Positions 62,847 to 64,000 of a stretch of 64,000 bases of DNA are shown piece after piece (the first letter of the stretch is position 1; every line of letters starts with the position of its first letter). Below the pieces are notes generated by a model. That model did not search any database, was not told where the DNA came from, and saw only the letters and a program-made list of their open reading frames with translations. This DNA comes from Narcine bancroftii (Eukaryota): positions 65,534,001 through 65,598,000 of the forward strand of contig NC_091470.1 of the NCBI RefSeq assembly GCF_036971445.1, written 5' to 3'. The position numbers and the translations under genes were made by a program.

Positions 62847-63918
62847 CTTCTTCTTCTTTGGCTTGGCTTCGCGGACGAAGATTTATGGAGGGGGTAAAAA
62901 GTCCACGTCAGCTGCAGGCTCGTTTGTGGCTGACAAGTCCGATGCGGGACAGGCAGACACGATTGCAGCGGTTGCAGGGGAAAATTGGTTGGTTGGGGTT
63001 GGGTGTTGGGTTTTTCCTCCTTTGCCTTTTGTCAGTGAGGTGGGCTCTGCGGTCTTCTTCAAAGGAGGTTGCTGCCCGCCAAACTGTGAGGCGCCAAGAT
63101 GCATGGTTTGAGGCGATATCAGCCCACTGGCGGTGGTCAATGTGGCAGGCACCAAGAGATTTCTTTAGGCAGTCCTTGTACCTTTTCTTTGGTGCACCTC
63201 TGTCACGGTGGCCAGTGGAGAGCTCGCCATATAACACGATCTTGGGAAGGCGATGGTCCTCCATTCTGGAGATGTGACCCACCCAGCGCAGCTGGATCTT
63301 CAGCAGCGTGGACTCGATGCTGTCGACCCCTGCCATCTCGAGTACTTCGACGTTAGGGATGAAAGCGCTCCAATGGATGTTGAGGATGGAGCTGAGACAA
63401 CGCTGGTGGAAGCGTTCTAGGAGCCGTAGGTGATGCCAGTAGAGGACCCATGATTCGGAGCCAAACAGGAGTGTGGGTATGACAACGGCCTGTATACGCT
63501 TATCTTTGTGAGGTTTTTCAGTTGGTTGTTTTTCCAGACTCTTTTGTGTAGTCTTCCAAAGGCGCTATTTGCCTTGGCGAGTCTGTTGTCTATCTCGTTG
63601 TCGATCCTTGCATCTGATGAAATGGTGCAGCCGAGATAGGTAAACTGGTTGACCGTTTTGAGTTTTGTGTGCCCAATGGAGATGTGGGAGGGCTGGTAGT
63701 CATGGTGGGGAGCTGGCTGATGGAGGACCTCAGTTTTCTTCAGGCTGACTTCCAGACCAAACATTTTGGCAGTTTCCGCAAAGCAGGACGTCAAGCGCTG
63801 AAGAGCTGGCTCTGAATGGGCAACTAAAGCGGCATCGTCTGCAAAGAGTAGTTCACGGACAAGTTTCTCTTGTGTCTTGGTGTGAGCTTGCAGGCGCCTC
63901 AGATTGAAGAGACTGCCA
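62847..63918 (-). mobile_element. RTE LINE, 5'-truncated, frameshifted
   Basis: (GAA)n tail; 1-bp deletion at ~63490 splits the ORF. Confidence 0.96.
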
Positions 63919-64000
63919 GACTACTTAAAACTGCAATATCCTCTCCAAAGAGTTATCAATTAATGGTTTGATATTGGCAATAAGCCAAATAACTTCATGT

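Overview
Eukaryotic, repeat-rich vertebrate DNA. The repeat content (V-SINE/HE1-type SINEs, CR1, Rex1/Babar, RTE-BovB, Penelope-type ends) points to a cartilaginous fish, probably a ray; this is an inference. I see no intact host gene. The long ORFs belong to transposons: a decayed DIRS1 element (RT/RNaseH/methyltransferase-like/tyrosine recombinase, 1-3007), four near-identical young RTE LINE copies (one with an uninterrupted EN-RT ORF), a nested CR1 cluster, Rex1/Babar fragments, a solo LTR and several MITEs. Between them, on the minus strand from about 48.6 kb down to about 4 kb, lies a colinear series of exon-like relics carrying stops and frameshifts. Their translations match, in the correct order, motifs I recall from CPLANE1/JBTS17 (C5orf42). 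I read this as a strongly diverged, non-processed CPLANE1-like pseudogene. Two structures fit that reading: a hAT MITE whose removal restores one exon's reading frame, and a 30 x 50 bp minisatellite that appears to be built from one exon segment. The CPLANE1 comparison relies on remembered sequence and needs a tblastn/HMM check.
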